Shown: positions 1-11,997 of the stretch, one piece after another
Layout of the letters: the number at the start of each line of letters is the position of its first letter
Numbering within the stretch: position 1 is the first letter of the stretch
Source: Eledone cirrhosa
Lineage: Eukaryota
Length of the DNA: 64,000 bases
NCBI GenBank assembly: GCA_964016885.1
Contig: OZ024748.1
Span: forward strand, 20,460,001-20,524,000
Direction of reading: 5' to 3'
Position numbers and translations under genes: made by a program
The notes under the pieces: model-generated
What the model saw: only the letters and a program-made list of their open reading frames with translations
What the model was told of the DNA's origin: nothing
Databases searched by the model: none

Positions 1-14
1 TGTATATATGTGTA

Positions 15-72
<58 letters not shown>

Positions 73-77
<5 letters not shown>

Positions 78-292
78 AGATCCAGGGCCCCGACGGCTGA
101 GCTCCAGCCATTTTGACAGCTAGATTCGACCTAAGCCACCAGACTGGTGGCTTAGATTGGAACTGGCTGTTGAAATGGCCAGAGCTCAGCCGTCGAGGTT
201 CTGAAGTTTTTCACATTACCCACTCTACTACCCCAAGTATCGAGCACTCTGGTGGGTTATGGTCCACCTGGTATTTTACCACACTCTCTCTA
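73..292 (+). mobile_element. Fold-back element family A (Penelope-like inverted pLTR) in (TA)n
   Basis: Inverted arms about 73-142/145-215 with apex CTAAGCCACCAG-A-CTGGTGGCTTAG, then a unique tail with ACTCTACTA..GAGCACTC; TA runs on both sides. Confidence 0.7.
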
Positions 293-309
293 ATATATAT
301 ATATATGTA

Positions 310-623
310 TATATTCATTTTATTAAAGGTAAATAGTAAGTTTTATTACTCAGGATTTTCGCCAGTTTAACACAGAATAATCAGACAACAACCCTGTGAT
401 AAACCAGTAAAACTCAGAGTAACAAGACTCAATGCTTAGCTTTAATAAAATGAATATATATATATATACACATTGTGTCTGATGACCCTATGATAGAGAG
501 GCAAAACTCCAGAGTAACAAGACTCACTATTTAGCCTTAATAAAATGAATATTATAACTCTACTTCAGTATTGAGTACTCTTTTCTCTCAGCTGTCAACC
601 ACATACACAGACAAGATTTTACA

Positions 624-626
<3 letters not shown>
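310..626 (+). mobile_element. Fold-back element family B with degenerate hammerhead cores
   Basis: Inverted and direct copies of actatttagccttaataaaatgaatat; CTGATGA 479-485 ... AAAACTCCAGAGTA-ACAA; minus-strand CTGATTA..GAAA at 357-384; tail ACTC..GAGT 557-576. Confidence 0.65.
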
Positions 627-663
<37 letters not shown>

Positions 664-706
664 ACAATAAAAAACAGAAAACAGGCGTAGGTAGATATAT
701 ATATAT

Positions 707-890
707 CATCATCATTATCGTTTAACGTCCATCTTCCATGCTAGCATGGGTCTGGACAGGAATTGCCCCAATTGAGGCAAGATTGGTTGTCTTGCTCAGG
801 ACTGTCTGGCGGGTTTTCTATGGCTGGATGCCCTTCCTAACACCAACCACGTTTACAGTGTGGACTGGGAGGTTTTTACCGTGTTACCTA
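707..890 (-). mobile_element. RTE-type 3' UTR fragment
   Basis: Reverse complement of the 58860-59040 3' UTR, ending in (GAT)n. Confidence 0.7.
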
Positions 891-1330
891 CCAGGATTTT
901 GTTGGTATTTCTGTTTACTTTTTACATACATAAACGTATATATATATATGTGTGTGTGTGTGTATGTATATATAAATATATATATATATACATATATATA
1001 TATACACACACACACACCTAAACACATACATACATATACATTTGTACATAACTACAATAGCCATTAAGGTAAAACTGTGTCCATCAGTCAGTATAAATGA
1101 GGTAGGGGAGGGATAGAAATGTAAAAAAATAAGTATTCAGGGTATGTCATTTACCTACTTGAAATCAATAATTTAAACCCTGACACTTTAAAACAATCCT
1201 AACCCTGCTGACCTCCCAACCACCATGCCCTCTGATTATACACTACAATATACAAACCAATTATATTAATACCATTTGTTTATGGACAGTAGTAGTTTTT
1301 AAGTTTATGGTTCTGATTTTTTATATTTAC

Positions 1331-1663
1331 ATCATTTCATTTTTACGTCCACTTTTCCCTGCTTGCAAGGGTGGGACGGGAACCGATTCTGGCTTGATTT
1401 CCACAGCTGGATGCCCTTCCTAACACCAACCTCATTTACAGTGAGTGCTAGGTGCTTTTTTGCCGTGGCACCTCCATGACCACTTTGCAGTGGAATGATA
1501 GGGACCCCAGTCCCTATCATCTCATTTCTACAGCTGAGTAAACTGGAGCAACGTGAAATAAAGTGTCTTGCTCAAAGAAACAACACATCACCCAGTCTGA
1601 GAATTGAACTCACAACCTTTTGATTGCAAGACCAATGCTCTAACCACTAAGCCATGTGCCTCC
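1331..1663 (-). mobile_element. tRNA-derived SINE family 2 with RTE-derived tail
   Basis: Box A/B head (TGGCTTAGTGG..GAGTTCAATTC on minus); tail shared with the RTE fragment at 19495-19550; other copies at 4836, 12972, 40031, 40853, 51167. Confidence 0.85.
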
Positions 1664-1862
1664 ATATATATGTATATATACTTATGCTCATCATCATTGT
1701 TTAATGTCCATCTTCCACACTAGCATGAGTTGGACAGTTTAGTCCCACTTGAGGTGAGATTGGTCGGGAGACTATGTCTCGCAGAAGAGACTATCGCTGG
1801 CATGTTTTCTACGACTGTATGTCCTTCCTAGCACCAACCACATTTAGAGTGTGCTATATATA

Positions 1863-2061
1863 TATATTTAATATAGAAATGGCTTCTACAGGACTAGTAC
1901 AGTTTCATTCGGGAGAAATCATCAGGGCTTTCCTGATGATTTCTGCCGAATGAAACAGTTCTAGTCCTGTAGAAGCCATTTCTATATTAAATATTTATAC
2001 TCTGCTATGTATTGAGTACCTTACTTACCATGGTTACCCCCAATTGAACCCAGGATAAACA
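1863..2061 (+). mobile_element. Fold-back element family C, copy 1
   Basis: Arms about 1864-1926/1932-1994, loop GCTTT, tail with ACTC..GAGT; TA-flanked; homologous to 50955-51168. Confidence 0.8.
1925..1977 (+). ncRNA. Minimal type I hammerhead ribozyme
   Basis: GGCTTTC-CTGATGA(1933-1939)-TTTCTGCCGAAT-GAAA(1952)-CAGttctagtcCTG-TA-GAAGCC; GUA cleavage triplet 1969-1971; stem II is short. Confidence 0.75.
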
Positions 2062-2103
2062 TATATATATATATATTATATATATATATATACATATATA
2101 TAT

Positions 2104-2250
2104 CAGAAAGGGTGTGGTAAAATACCAGGTGGACCATAACTCACCAGAGTACTCGATATTTGGGGTAGTAGAGTGGGTAATATGAAAAGATTCAGGAACC
2201 CGACAGCTGAGCTACAGCCTTTTCGACAGCTGGATCTAGCTGGATCTACT
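2104..2250 (-). mobile_element. Family A element (tail + one arm)
   Basis: Reverse complement of 160-290. Confidence 0.7.
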
Positions 2251-3118
2251 GAGGTGTTGTGTATTACAAATATTCAACAGCAGGACAAATATTCAACAGC
2301 AGGACAAGTTTCCTGATGTCTTCCTGGTGTAGTTTGATGCAACAGACCAGATTTGTGGGCCTAACAAGACATGCAGCTGCATCATGATAAGATTCTGGTC
2401 CAAGTTTTCTTGGCAAAGGAAGGGATTTTTATCTATTGTAAGGCTTCCAAATTTCCAAATATATCATCTCCTGATATTTAACAGTACCCAAAAATGAAGT
2501 TGCAGCTGGTCCAAGTTTTCTTGGCAAAGAAAGGAATATTTATCTTTTGCACAGCTTCAAAAATCACCAAACATATCGTCTTCTGACATTTGGCTTCATT
2601 TTCTTTGCCGACTTATTCCTGAGAGGGTCATGGGGGACAGAGTTCTCAAACACTCCGAGCAGGTCCTGTCAGAAGCAACCCTCTCCAACTAAACTGGCTG
2701 AATCCCTAAGCGTAACCAGCCAAGCTCATAGATGTTATCCAACCATCTTGCTCTGGGTCTTCAAACATTTGGCAGTTCTCAAAAATGAACATGCAACCGA
2801 TCCAAGTTCTCTTGTCAAAGAAAGGCATTTTGTTTTTTTCCCAGGGTTGCTACTCTCTAGACATGGATCCTTCTCACTTCTGGTTGTTCCGAAAAATGAA
2901 GATGGCACTGAAAGACATCACATGGACTGAAAGAGTTGAGTTGAGGGCCATTCTAGAAGAAACCATTCCAGATATGCTTAAAATAGTGAAAGGATTGCTG
3001 AGCTAAGTATGTAGAGACAGAAAGGGCTGAATTTGAAGGGAATTAGCAATTGAACTCCATCAAGTATGGAATTTCCCACCACCCAATCTAAGGTCAGATA
3101 TTTTTTCAACACACCTCA
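2250..3118 (+). pseudogene. Decayed mariner (Tc1/mariner) transposase remnant
   Basis: Fragments read GVVYY..AGQ, QLHHD and YSLDMDPSHFWLFRKMK (cf. YSPDLAPSDFWLF); TIR-like end ttttcaacacacctc. Confidence 0.7.
2595..2764 (-). mobile_element. RTE-like LINE 3' end nested in the mariner remnant
   Basis: Reverse-complement similarity to 62090-62262; flanked by 9-bp direct repeat ACATTTGGC (2586-2594, 2765-2773). Confidence 0.7.
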
Positions 3119-3639
3119 TGCATATGCATATGTATGATGATGATGTATAGATATATATATATATATGTGTGTATATATATATATATATGTATGTATGTAT
3201 GTATATCTAAAAGTCCCTTAAGGCAGAATTCTAGGAGAAGGAAAACTCTGATATAACACCTGCAACCCTGATGGTATCCAATGATGTTGACTTGTTGTTC
3301 TTTTTGGTAAATATCATCTTGGTTAAGAGAGTGGGACTGGCTTTGTGCAGTGCCTTTGCTCACTATAAAAGCTTCACGGCACAGGCATTGCTTTATATCT
3401 GGAGATCTCTCTGCACTTGTCGTCACATGGTACCATGGGCCCAGCACTATATGTCAATAATTGTCACAAGTGTAGTGTTTGTACCAGAGTTTTCAAGTCG
3501 CTGGCTGGACTAAAAAGTCACACTCGTTCAGCGCATCGGTAGGGGTTCTCCTACATGGATATAAAGTAGTGGCCGTACTTGAAAACGAGTTGGCAGCCAC
3601 CATATCCAAAAGTCTAAAGTCTGTCTTTAGCGAGAAGGC

Positions 3640-3890
3640 TCATTTGGCCGGTGCTTATCCCGGTTTCATGGCATGAAGCGACTGAGAGTACAAGACTTCC
3701 CCTGGACAGGACCCCAGTCCATCGCAGGGTTAAACCTTCAGCTATTGCTGGTACTCATTTTCAGCTGAGTATACTGGAGCAACGTGAAATGAAGTGTTTT
3801 GCTCAAGAACATAACACGCAACCCAAGAGTCAAGCCCACAACATTATGATCATAAGTCCAACACCCTTACCACTAGGCCACATACCTCCA
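3640..3890 (-). mobile_element. tRNA-derived SINE (third family)
   Basis: Shares the central ctggagcaacgtgaaatgaagtgttttgctcaag with SINE family 2 but has a different tail. Confidence 0.6.
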
Positions 3891-4032
3891 CATGTATGTA
3901 TATATATATATATTCATTAGTTAAGCAAAACAAGACCACAGATTTCACAAGGAAGACATTATTAAAAGATTGGAAACATATTTTAGTTTGATGTAAGTAA
4001 TGTAGAGAATAATAATAATAATATTAATAATA

Positions 4033-4217
4033 ATTGTTTCTACGTTAGGCACAAGGCCAACAATTACCCAGTGCATTACTGGTACGTTATTTTATCGACC
4101 CTGTAAGGATGAAAGGCAAAGTCAACCTCGGCGGGATTTGAACTCAGATCGCAAAGGGATGTAACTATGCTGGAAAGCATCGCGTCCGACCCTCTACCAA
4201 TACTGCCAATCCACCAA
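4033..4217 (-). mobile_element. tRNA-derived SINE family 1
   Basis: TGGCAGTATCGGTAGAG..GAGTTCAAATCC head and gcctttcatccttacggggtcgataaaataaagtacc core; about 20 copies or fragments in the window. Confidence 0.85.
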
Positions 4218-4411
4218 TAATGTCCGTTTACAATTGTTTCGGAACTCCATATAATATTTCTGGATCAAATGATTATATATCATTATTGATCTGGTTCAAT
4301 TGAAAATAATTAACATAGGCTTCTAACTAATTCACCAATCTCTCCTCTCCTATCTCCATCTCTCTTTTTAAGATTGGTTACTCTTGAACTGCGTGTATAT
4401 ATATATATATT

Positions 4412-4652
4412 TCGTTTTTGAATTTGTTTTGCAATATTTCCTATCTGAAAACGTGTGTTGAAACAGATATTGTTATACTTTGGGAGGGTCATGCTGGCAT
4501 TAAAACTCACACCTGTTGGTTTTCACTTCAATTTATAAATTTCTGGTCTGTTGGTTGGTTCGAAAACCCAGTCACAGAATGTGTGACAAAAGAGATTTGA
4601 CAATATAGAAACAACGATCCAGTTATCGAACCAACCAACCAATCAGAAATTT
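4412..4652 (-). mobile_element. Fold-back element family P (related to 27212-27670)
   Basis: Shares atattgttatacttNgggagggtcat; internal arms aaatttctg..ttggttggttcga / tcgaaccaaccaaccaatcagaaattt. Confidence 0.6.
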
Positions 4653-4729
4653 ACTGGATCTACCTGTCAAACTGGCCGGCGCTCAACCATCGGGGTCCTG
4701 AATCTTTTCACATATATATATATATATAT

Positions 4730-4828
4730 AGGAAAATGTTTGACCCCGACAGCAGAGCTCAAGACGTTTCGACAGCTATTTCTGATGCATTATGGTCCAT
4801 CTGGTTCCTTACCACTCTTCCTTCGTTA
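4730..4828 (+). mobile_element. Internally deleted family A element
   Basis: ccccgacagcagagctcaagacgtttcgac arm joined to the tail; similar copy at 18751-18850. Confidence 0.6.
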
Positions 4829-4835
4829 TATATAT

Positions 4836-5122
4836 ATATCATCATCATCATCATTTTACGTCCGCTTTTCCCTGCTTGCAAGGGTGGGACGGGAATTGAT
4901 TCTGGCTTGATTTCTACAGCTGGATGCCCTTCCTAACACCAACCTCATTTACAGTGAGTGCTGGGTGCTTTTTTGCCGTGGCACCTCCACGACCACTTTG
5001 CAGTGGCATGATAAGGACCCCAGTCCCTATCATCTCATTTCTACAGCTGAGTAAATTGGAGCAATGTGAAATAAAGTGTCTTGCTCAAGGAAACAACACA
5101 TCACCCGGTCTGAGAATTGAAC
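4836..5122 (-). mobile_element. SINE family 2 (5'-truncated)
   Basis: Near identical to 40031-40320. Confidence 0.85.
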
Positions 5123-5197
5123 TATTGTATGTATATATATATATATATATACATACAATATATTAATAAATGGAAACTATATTTATAAAGCCATAAT

Positions 5198-5262
5198 TAT
5201 TTTATTATATATATTTCAAGGGCGACAAAGGTAAATTATGGTGCGCTTCATCAGATAAAATA
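5198..5262 (-). ncRNA. Hammerhead ribozyme, mirror copy on the left arm
   Basis: Reverse complement of 5365-5430 with intact CTGATGA/GAAA and stem I. Confidence 0.8.
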
Positions 5263-5364
5263 CAGATTTGTTTTATAAATAAATATTGACATATGCGGCG
5301 AATTTCAACCGTTGAGGTTGTCTTTTTTCCGGGTATGTCAATATTTATTTATGAAACAAATCTG

Positions 5365-5430
5365 TATTTTATCTGATGAAAGCGCACCATAATTTACCTT
5401 GGTCGCCCTTGAAATATATATAATAAAATA
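5365..5430 (+). ncRNA. Minimal type I hammerhead ribozyme
   Basis: Stem I TATTTTAT/ATAAAATA (8 bp), CTGATGA 5373-5379, stem II aagcgcacca..tggtcgccctt, GAAA 5411-5414, palindromic stem III ATATATAT, AUA cleavage. Confidence 0.85.
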
Positions 5431-5682
5431 ATTATGGTTTTATAAATAGAGTTTCCATTTATTAATATATTGTATATTTACTCCACTACTCTGTTGAGTG
5501 TTTAAGCTTGTTGAATCACAACAAATTAAATATAACCTCTGCATATATATATATATAATATATATATATATATATAATATATATATATAATATATATATA
5601 TAATATATATATATAATACATAATATATATATATAATACATAATATATATATATAATATGTAATATATATATATAATATATA

Positions 5683-5869
5683 ATTGTTTCTACTTTAGGC
5701 ACAAGGCCAGCAATTACCCAGTGCATTACTGGTACTTTATTTTATCGACCCCGTAAGGATGAAAGGCAAAGTCAACCTCGGCGGAATTTGAACTCAGATC
5801 GTAAAGGGACATAACTATGCTGGAAAGCATGGCGTCCGACCCTCTACCGATACTGCCAATCCACCGCCC
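5683..5869 (-). mobile_element. SINE family 1
   Basis: Full-length copy. Confidence 0.85.
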
Positions 5870-6378
5870 TTATATATTATATAATTATATATATAATATA
5901 TATATATATATGTTATATATTATATATATATATTATATATTATATATATATATAATATATATAATATATATATATATATAATATATATATATATAATATA
6001 TATATAATATATATATATATATAATATATATATATATAATATATATATATATAATATATATATATAATATATATAAATAATATATATAATATAAATATAT
6101 ATAATATATATATATATAATATATAATGTATATATATATATATATAATATATATAATATATAATATATATATATTATATATAATATATATATTATATATA
6201 TATATAATATATATAATGTATATATATATATAATATATATAATATATATATATATAATATATATATAATATAATATATATAATATAATATATATAATATA
6301 TAAATATAATATAATATATATAATATATAAATATAATATATATAATATAATATATATAATATAATATATATAATATAT
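5870..6378. repeat. Degenerate (TA)n/(TATAA)n microsatellite
   Basis: Direct inspection; similar tracts at 6652-6850, 8405-8553 and 9781-10131. Confidence 0.95.
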
Positions 6379-6410
6379 ATTATTATGTAATAAACAACAT
6401 AAGGCAATTA

Positions 6411-6470
6411 TTCCATTTACCAGTGGTTTCTTAAAAGCAAAAGGTTTTGCTTTCAATCCTCAGAATGAAA
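6411..6470 (-). ncRNA. Hammerhead ribozyme, mirror copy on the left arm
   Basis: Reverse complement of 6485-6544 with an intact core and one stem II change giving a G-U pair. Confidence 0.85.
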
Positions 6471-6484
6471 AAAATCCTGGTTTG

Positions 6485-6544
6485 TTTCATTCTGAGGATT
6501 AAAAGCAAAACCTTTTGCTTTTAAGAAACCACTGGTAAATGGAA
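6485..6544 (+). ncRNA. Minimal type I hammerhead ribozyme
   Basis: Stem I TTTCATT/AATGGAA, CTGAGGA 6492-6498, perfect stem II TTAAAAGCAAAA-cc-TTTTGCTTTTAA, GAAA 6525-6528, stem III ACCA-c-TGGT, GUA cleavage at 6535-6537. Confidence 0.9.
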
Positions 6545-6850
6545 TAATTGCCTTATGTTGTTTATTACATAATAATAATTAAGCTCTGTTGCTTACATAG
6601 AGCACTCTTTTTCCTGGATTTTTCCGACGGAATTACTTCATTCATTTACACATATATAATATATATATATAATATATATAATATATATATATAATATATA
6701 TATATATAATATATATAATATATATAATATATATATATAATATATATATAATATATAATATATATATATATATATAATATATAATATATATAATATATAA
6801 TATAAATATATAATATATAATATATATAATATATATATATAATATATATA

Positions 6851-7930
6851 GGTTAGAATTAACAACGAATATAGTGAAGAGTTTAGCGTAAAAGTTGGCG
6901 TCCATCAGGGCTCTGTTCTCAGCCCCCTACTATTTATTATTGCCCTTCAGGCTATAACAGAGGAGTTCAAGACCGGCTGCCCATGGGAACTCCTATACGC
7001 AGACGACCTGACACTCAGAGCTGAATCAATGGCTGAGCTAGAGAAGAAATTCTAAACATGGAAGCACGGTAGAAACTCCATTTTATGTCCCAAATGCAAA
7101 GTATGGGTGCATAAAAGATGTAGTGGGATCACAGGTAAGCTAACTAAGAACATAGATTTTACATGTGAGCGGTGCTCTGGTGCAATAAGTAGCAGCAAGT
7201 GCCCACAAAATACTAGCTCTTACAACTGCGCAGAGGGCTCTATAGAAATAGTGGACAGCTTCCGTTACCTGGGTGACAAAATCAGCAGTGGGGGAGGGTG
7301 CTCTGAAAGTACAGTAGCTAGAGTCAGAACGGGATGGAAAAAGTTCAGAGAGCTTATACCACTATTAGCCGCTAAAGGGTTCTCCCTAAAAATGAAAGGC
7401 AGGTTGTATGATGCCTGCATATGAACAGCAATGTTGCATGGCAGTGAGACCTGGGCATTGTGTGCAGAGGATATACGCAGACTAGAGAGAAACGAAGCTT
7501 GCATGCTCTGCTGGATGTGTAATAGTAATATACGTGAACGGCAAAGCATAAACGAACTAAGGAAAAAATTAGAAATAAGAGGGATCAGATGTTGTTTACT
7601 CGAGAGAAGGCTACGTTGGTATGGACACGTGATGCGCATGAAAGTCGATAGCTGTATAACAAAGTGCAGGGCAATAAAGATAGACGGTAGCCACGGAATA
7701 GGCAGACCTAGAAAAACCTGGGACAAGCTGATAAACTCCGACCTCACAGACTTACACCTCTCCAAGACAATGTCACTGGACCGAGACCTTTGGCGGTACT
7801 CAGTAATAGAGAAGACCCGCCTTAGCTAAATACATAGTAAAACCTACTACAGCCAGTAGGCATCTCTAACAAAATACACCCCCGTCCCACCACCCCACCC
7901 CGTCCACACCACCCCCTCCTATGTAACGTT
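6851..7930 (+). pseudogene. RTE LINE fragment (same family as 56362), with stops and an internal deletion
   Basis: Near identical to 57576-58750; YADD present; deletion at about 7068 removes the start of the zinc finger. Confidence 0.9.
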
Positions 7931-8046
7931 ATAATATATATATATATACTATATATATATATATATATAATTGTTTCTACTTTAGGCACAAGGCCAGCAA
8001 TTACCCAGTGCATTACTAGTACTTTATTTTATTGACCTCGTAAGGA

Positions 8047-8082
<36 letters not shown>

Positions 8083-8156
8083 CAAATAACGAAACGAAAT
8101 TAAATTTCGTTTCGTTTGTAACTCACTTTTGTATGACTGACGCTTAAACAATTGTT

Positions 8157-8200
<44 letters not shown>

Positions 8201-8202
8201 TA

Positions 8203-8403
8203 TAACAAAGGAAATGTGGTAAGGAACCAGGTGGACCATAACGCACCAAAGTACTCAATACTTAGGATAGTAGAGTGGGTAATAGGAACGAGTAGGACCC
8301 CGACGGCTGAGCTCAAGCCGTTTCAACGGCTAATTCTGGACTGAGTCCAGAATTAGCCCTCAAAACGGCTTGAGTTCAGCCATCGGGGTCCTACTCGTTC
8401 CTA
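8203..8403 (-). mobile_element. Family A fold-back element
   Basis: Tail 8203-8282, arms 8283-8342/8344-8403, apex CTGGACT-G-AGTCCAG. Confidence 0.85.
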
Positions 8404-8413
8404 TATATATATA

Positions 8414-8445
<32 letters not shown>

Positions 8446-8554
8446 ATATATATAATATAATATATATACATAATATATATATATAATATAATATATATAA
8501 TATAATATATATATATAATATAAATAATATAATATATATATATAATATATATAA

Positions 8555-8739
8555 TTGTTTCTACGTTTGGCACAAGGCCAGCAATTAGCCAGTGCATTAC
8601 TGGTACTTTATTTTATCTACCCCGTACGGATGAAAGGCAAAGTTAACCTCGACGGGATTTGAACTCAGATCGTAAAGGGACGTAACTATGCTGGAAAGCA
8701 TGGCGTCCGACCTTCTACCGATACTGCCAAATCACCGCC
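8555..8739 (-). mobile_element. SINE family 1
   Basis: Full-length copy. Confidence 0.85.
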
Positions 8740-8831
8740 ATATATAATATATATAATATATATATAATATATATATATAATATATATAATATATATAATA
8801 TATGTAATATATATAAATAATATATAATATA

Positions 8832-9781
8832 TAAGCAAACAGCCACAGGAAACAAGTACCACCAATCTCTGGGAGGGCCCTGTAGAAACAGTAGACAGCT
8901 TCTGCTACCTAGGTGACCGAATTAGCAACGGAGGTGGGTGCTCAGAAAGTACAATAACTAGGGTAAGAACGGGATGGAAGAAGTTTAGGGAACTACTACC
9001 ACTGCTAGCTGCAAAAGGCTTCTCCCTCAGAATGAAAGGCAGACTGTATGATGCGTGTATCCGAACAGCGATGTTGCATGGTAGTGAGACCTGGGCGCTG
9101 AAGGTGGAAGACTTACGTAGATTAGAGAGAAACGAAGCCTGCATGCTCCGATGGATGTGTAACAGTAATATACGTGAACGACAAAGCATAAATGAATTGA
9201 GAGAGAGACTGAGCATAAGAGGAATCAAATGCTGCGTGCAGGAGAGGCGGTTACGCTGGTATGGACATGTGATGCGTATGAAGGATGACAGCTGCATAAA
9301 AAGGTGCAGAGCACTAGAAGTTGATGGAAACCGCGGAGTGGGGAGACCCAAGATGACTTGGGATGAGGTGATAAAAGCCGACCTTACCCAACTACACCTC
9401 TCAAAGTCAATGACACACGACCGTGACTTCTGGCGTCACGCAGTAATACAGGGTACCCGACCTCCCATGGGTACATGCTGAAGCATATAAACAATATGCC
9501 CCCCACCACCGCAAGGTGGTCGTGGAGGTGCCACGGCAAAAAAGCACCCAGCCCACACTGTAAAGTGGACGTGTAGGCGCCACGAAAAAGCACCCAGCAC
9601 TCACTGTAAATGAGGTTGGTGTTAGGAAGGGCATCCAGCTGTAGAAATCAAGCCAGATCAGTTCCTGTATGAGCAAGGCATGGTCAGCCGACCAGACACT
9701 GCCCACAACAGGACAACCCGTCTAACCCATGCTAGCGTGGAAGAACGGACGTAAAACGGTGATGATGATGATGATGATGAT
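8832..9781 (+). pseudogene. RTE LINE 3' fragment (second subfamily) with 3' UTR and (GAT)n tail
   Basis: MKGRLYDAC..LHGSETW..RLRWYGHVMR..GRPKMTW. Confidence 0.9.
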
Positions 9782-10194
9782 ATAATATATATAAATTATA
9801 TATATATAATATATATATAATATATATATATAATATATATATATAATATATATATATAATATATATAATATATATATATATATAATATATATATATAATA
9901 TATATATATATAATATATATATATATAATATATATAATATATATATATATAATATATATAATATATATATATATAATATATAATATATATAATATATAAT
10001 ATATATAATATATATATATATAATATATATATATAATATATATAATATATATATATAATATATATATATATATATAATATATATATATAATATATATAAT
10101 ATATATATAATATATATAACATATATATATATGCAAACCTACTTAGGTATACACAGACCAACATACACATGAATTAATCTTTGCAAAGTGTGTT

Positions 10195-10422
10195 AAACAC
10201 ACACAAATACATACACAGACATACACACACACACCATACTCACACACACACAATACACACACACACCATATACACGCACCATACACACACGCACCATACA
10301 CACACACCATACACACACACACCATACACACACACCATACACACACCATACACACACACCATACACACACACCATACACGCACACACACACCCACCATAC
10401 ATGCACACACACGCACACACAC

Positions 10423-10453
<31 letters not shown>

Positions 10454-10490
10454 CATACACACACACCATACACACACCATACACACATAC
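10195..10490. repeat. (CA)n/CCATACA compound microsatellite
   Basis: Direct inspection. Confidence 0.9.
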
Positions 10491-10604
10491 TCAGAAAGTA
10501 GAAAAGTGTTAGAATTACAATGAAATAAATTCATTCATTATAAGCCCAACAACAGACCCCCCCACCCCCATCACCACCACCATCCTTACACATTGTAGCA
10601 ACAG

Positions 10605-11565
10605 GGTGTTGGGGTGGTGGTGGTGGTGGCTGGTAGTAGTGATGGGGAGAAGGGAGGGGTGGTTGTGGTGGTGGTAGGGTGGTGGTGTAGTGATGTTGGT
10701 GGTGGTGTAGTGGTGATGGTGTAGTGGTAGCGGTGTTGGTGTAGTGGTGTTGGTGTAGTGATGTTGGTGGCGGGGTTGCTGTGCTGGTGGTGGTGTGGTG
10801 GTGTTGGTGTAGTGGTGTTGGTGTAGTGATGTTGGTGGCGGGGTTGTGGTGCTGGTGCTGGTGTAGTGGTGTTGGTGTAGTGGTGTTGGTGTAGTGGTGC
10901 TGGTGGTAGGGTGCTGATGATGGTGTAGTGGTGTTGGTGGTGGGGTAGTGATGTTGGTGGTGGGGTAGTGGTGCTGATGGTAGGGTAGTGGTGCTGGTGG
11001 TGGTGTAGTGATGTTGGTGGTGGTGTAGTGGTGTTGGTGGTGGTGTAGTGATGTTGGTGGTGGGGTAGTGGTGCTGGTGGTAGGATAGTGGTGCTGGTGG
11101 TGGGGTAGTGGTGCTGGTGGTGGTGTAATGATGTTGGTGGTGGGGTAGTGATGTTGGTGGTGGGGTAGTGGTGCTGGTGGTGGTGTAGTGATGTTGGTGG
11201 TGGGGTAGTGGTGCTGGGGGTAGGGTAGTGGTGCTGGTGGTGGTGTAGTGCTGCTGGTGTTGGTTTAGTGGTGGTGTGGTGGTGGTGGTGTAGTGATGTT
11301 GGTGTTGGTGGTAGTGATGTTGGTGGTAGGGTAGTGATGTTGGTGGTGGTGTGGTGGTGGTGGGGTGGTGGTGCTGGTGGTGGTGTAGTGATGCTGGTGG
11401 TAGGGTAGTGATGTTGGTGGTGGTGTAGTGATGTTGGTGGTGGTGTAGTGCTGGTGGTGGTGGTGCTGGTGGTGGTGTAGTGATGTTGGTGGTGGTAGAG
11501 TAGTGGTGCTGGTGGTAGTGGCATTGGGGAGAAGGGGAGTGGTGGTGGTGGTGTTGGTGGTAGGG
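10605..11565. repeat. Degenerate (GGT/AGT)n trinucleotide minisatellite
   Basis: Direct inspection. Confidence 0.9.
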
Positions 11566-11726
11566 CAGTGGAGTGAAGGAAAGGGAGCAGGGGAGAGGAG
11601 CAGTATTAGCCTTAGTAGCTTACCTGAGAAATACCTGTTTTTTAACATGACAGGTGATGTAAGCAATCTAACCATAAAAAACATTTGTTTGTGTAAGCTA
11701 CCCTACCCCACCCACACTTCAGCCAG

Positions 11727-11956
11727 GTGTGTGTGTGTGTGTGGGGGGGGCATGTGTATGGTTATATGTGTACATAGCTGTGCATGTGTATATATGTATG
11801 AGAGTGTGTGTGTGTATGTATATGTGAATAACTATGCATGTGTATATATGTATGAGGGTTTGTGTGTATGTATATGTGCATAGCTGTGCATGTGTATGAG
11901 TCTGGGTGTATGCATGTATGTGTATGTGCATAGCTGTGCATGTGCATAGCTGTGCA

Positions 11957-11997
<41 letters not shown>

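Larger units (their letters stand above)
5152..5542 (+). mobile_element. Fold-back element family G
   Basis: About 140-bp near-perfect inverted arms (5152-5294/5333-5475) plus tail ACTCCACTACTCTGTTGAGT; TA-flanked. Confidence 0.85.
6379..6652 (+). mobile_element. Fold-back element family H
   Basis: About 90-bp near-perfect arms 6379-6470/6485-6577; tail GCTCTGT..ATAGAGCACTC; TA-flanked. Confidence 0.85.

Noticed and set aside
1863-6652. Interpreting the hairpins as ordinary Tc1/mariner MITEs or miRNA precursors
   Set aside because: Asymmetric unique tails, variable fold-back points and hammerhead cores fit inverted pLTRs better
5526-6905. Ile/Tyr-rich ORFs (and similar Cys/Val and His/Thr ORFs elsewhere)
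   Set aside because: Dinucleotide microsatellite translations
10586-11684. His/Pro/Thr-rich ORFs
   Set aside because: Translation of a degenerate trinucleotide repeat
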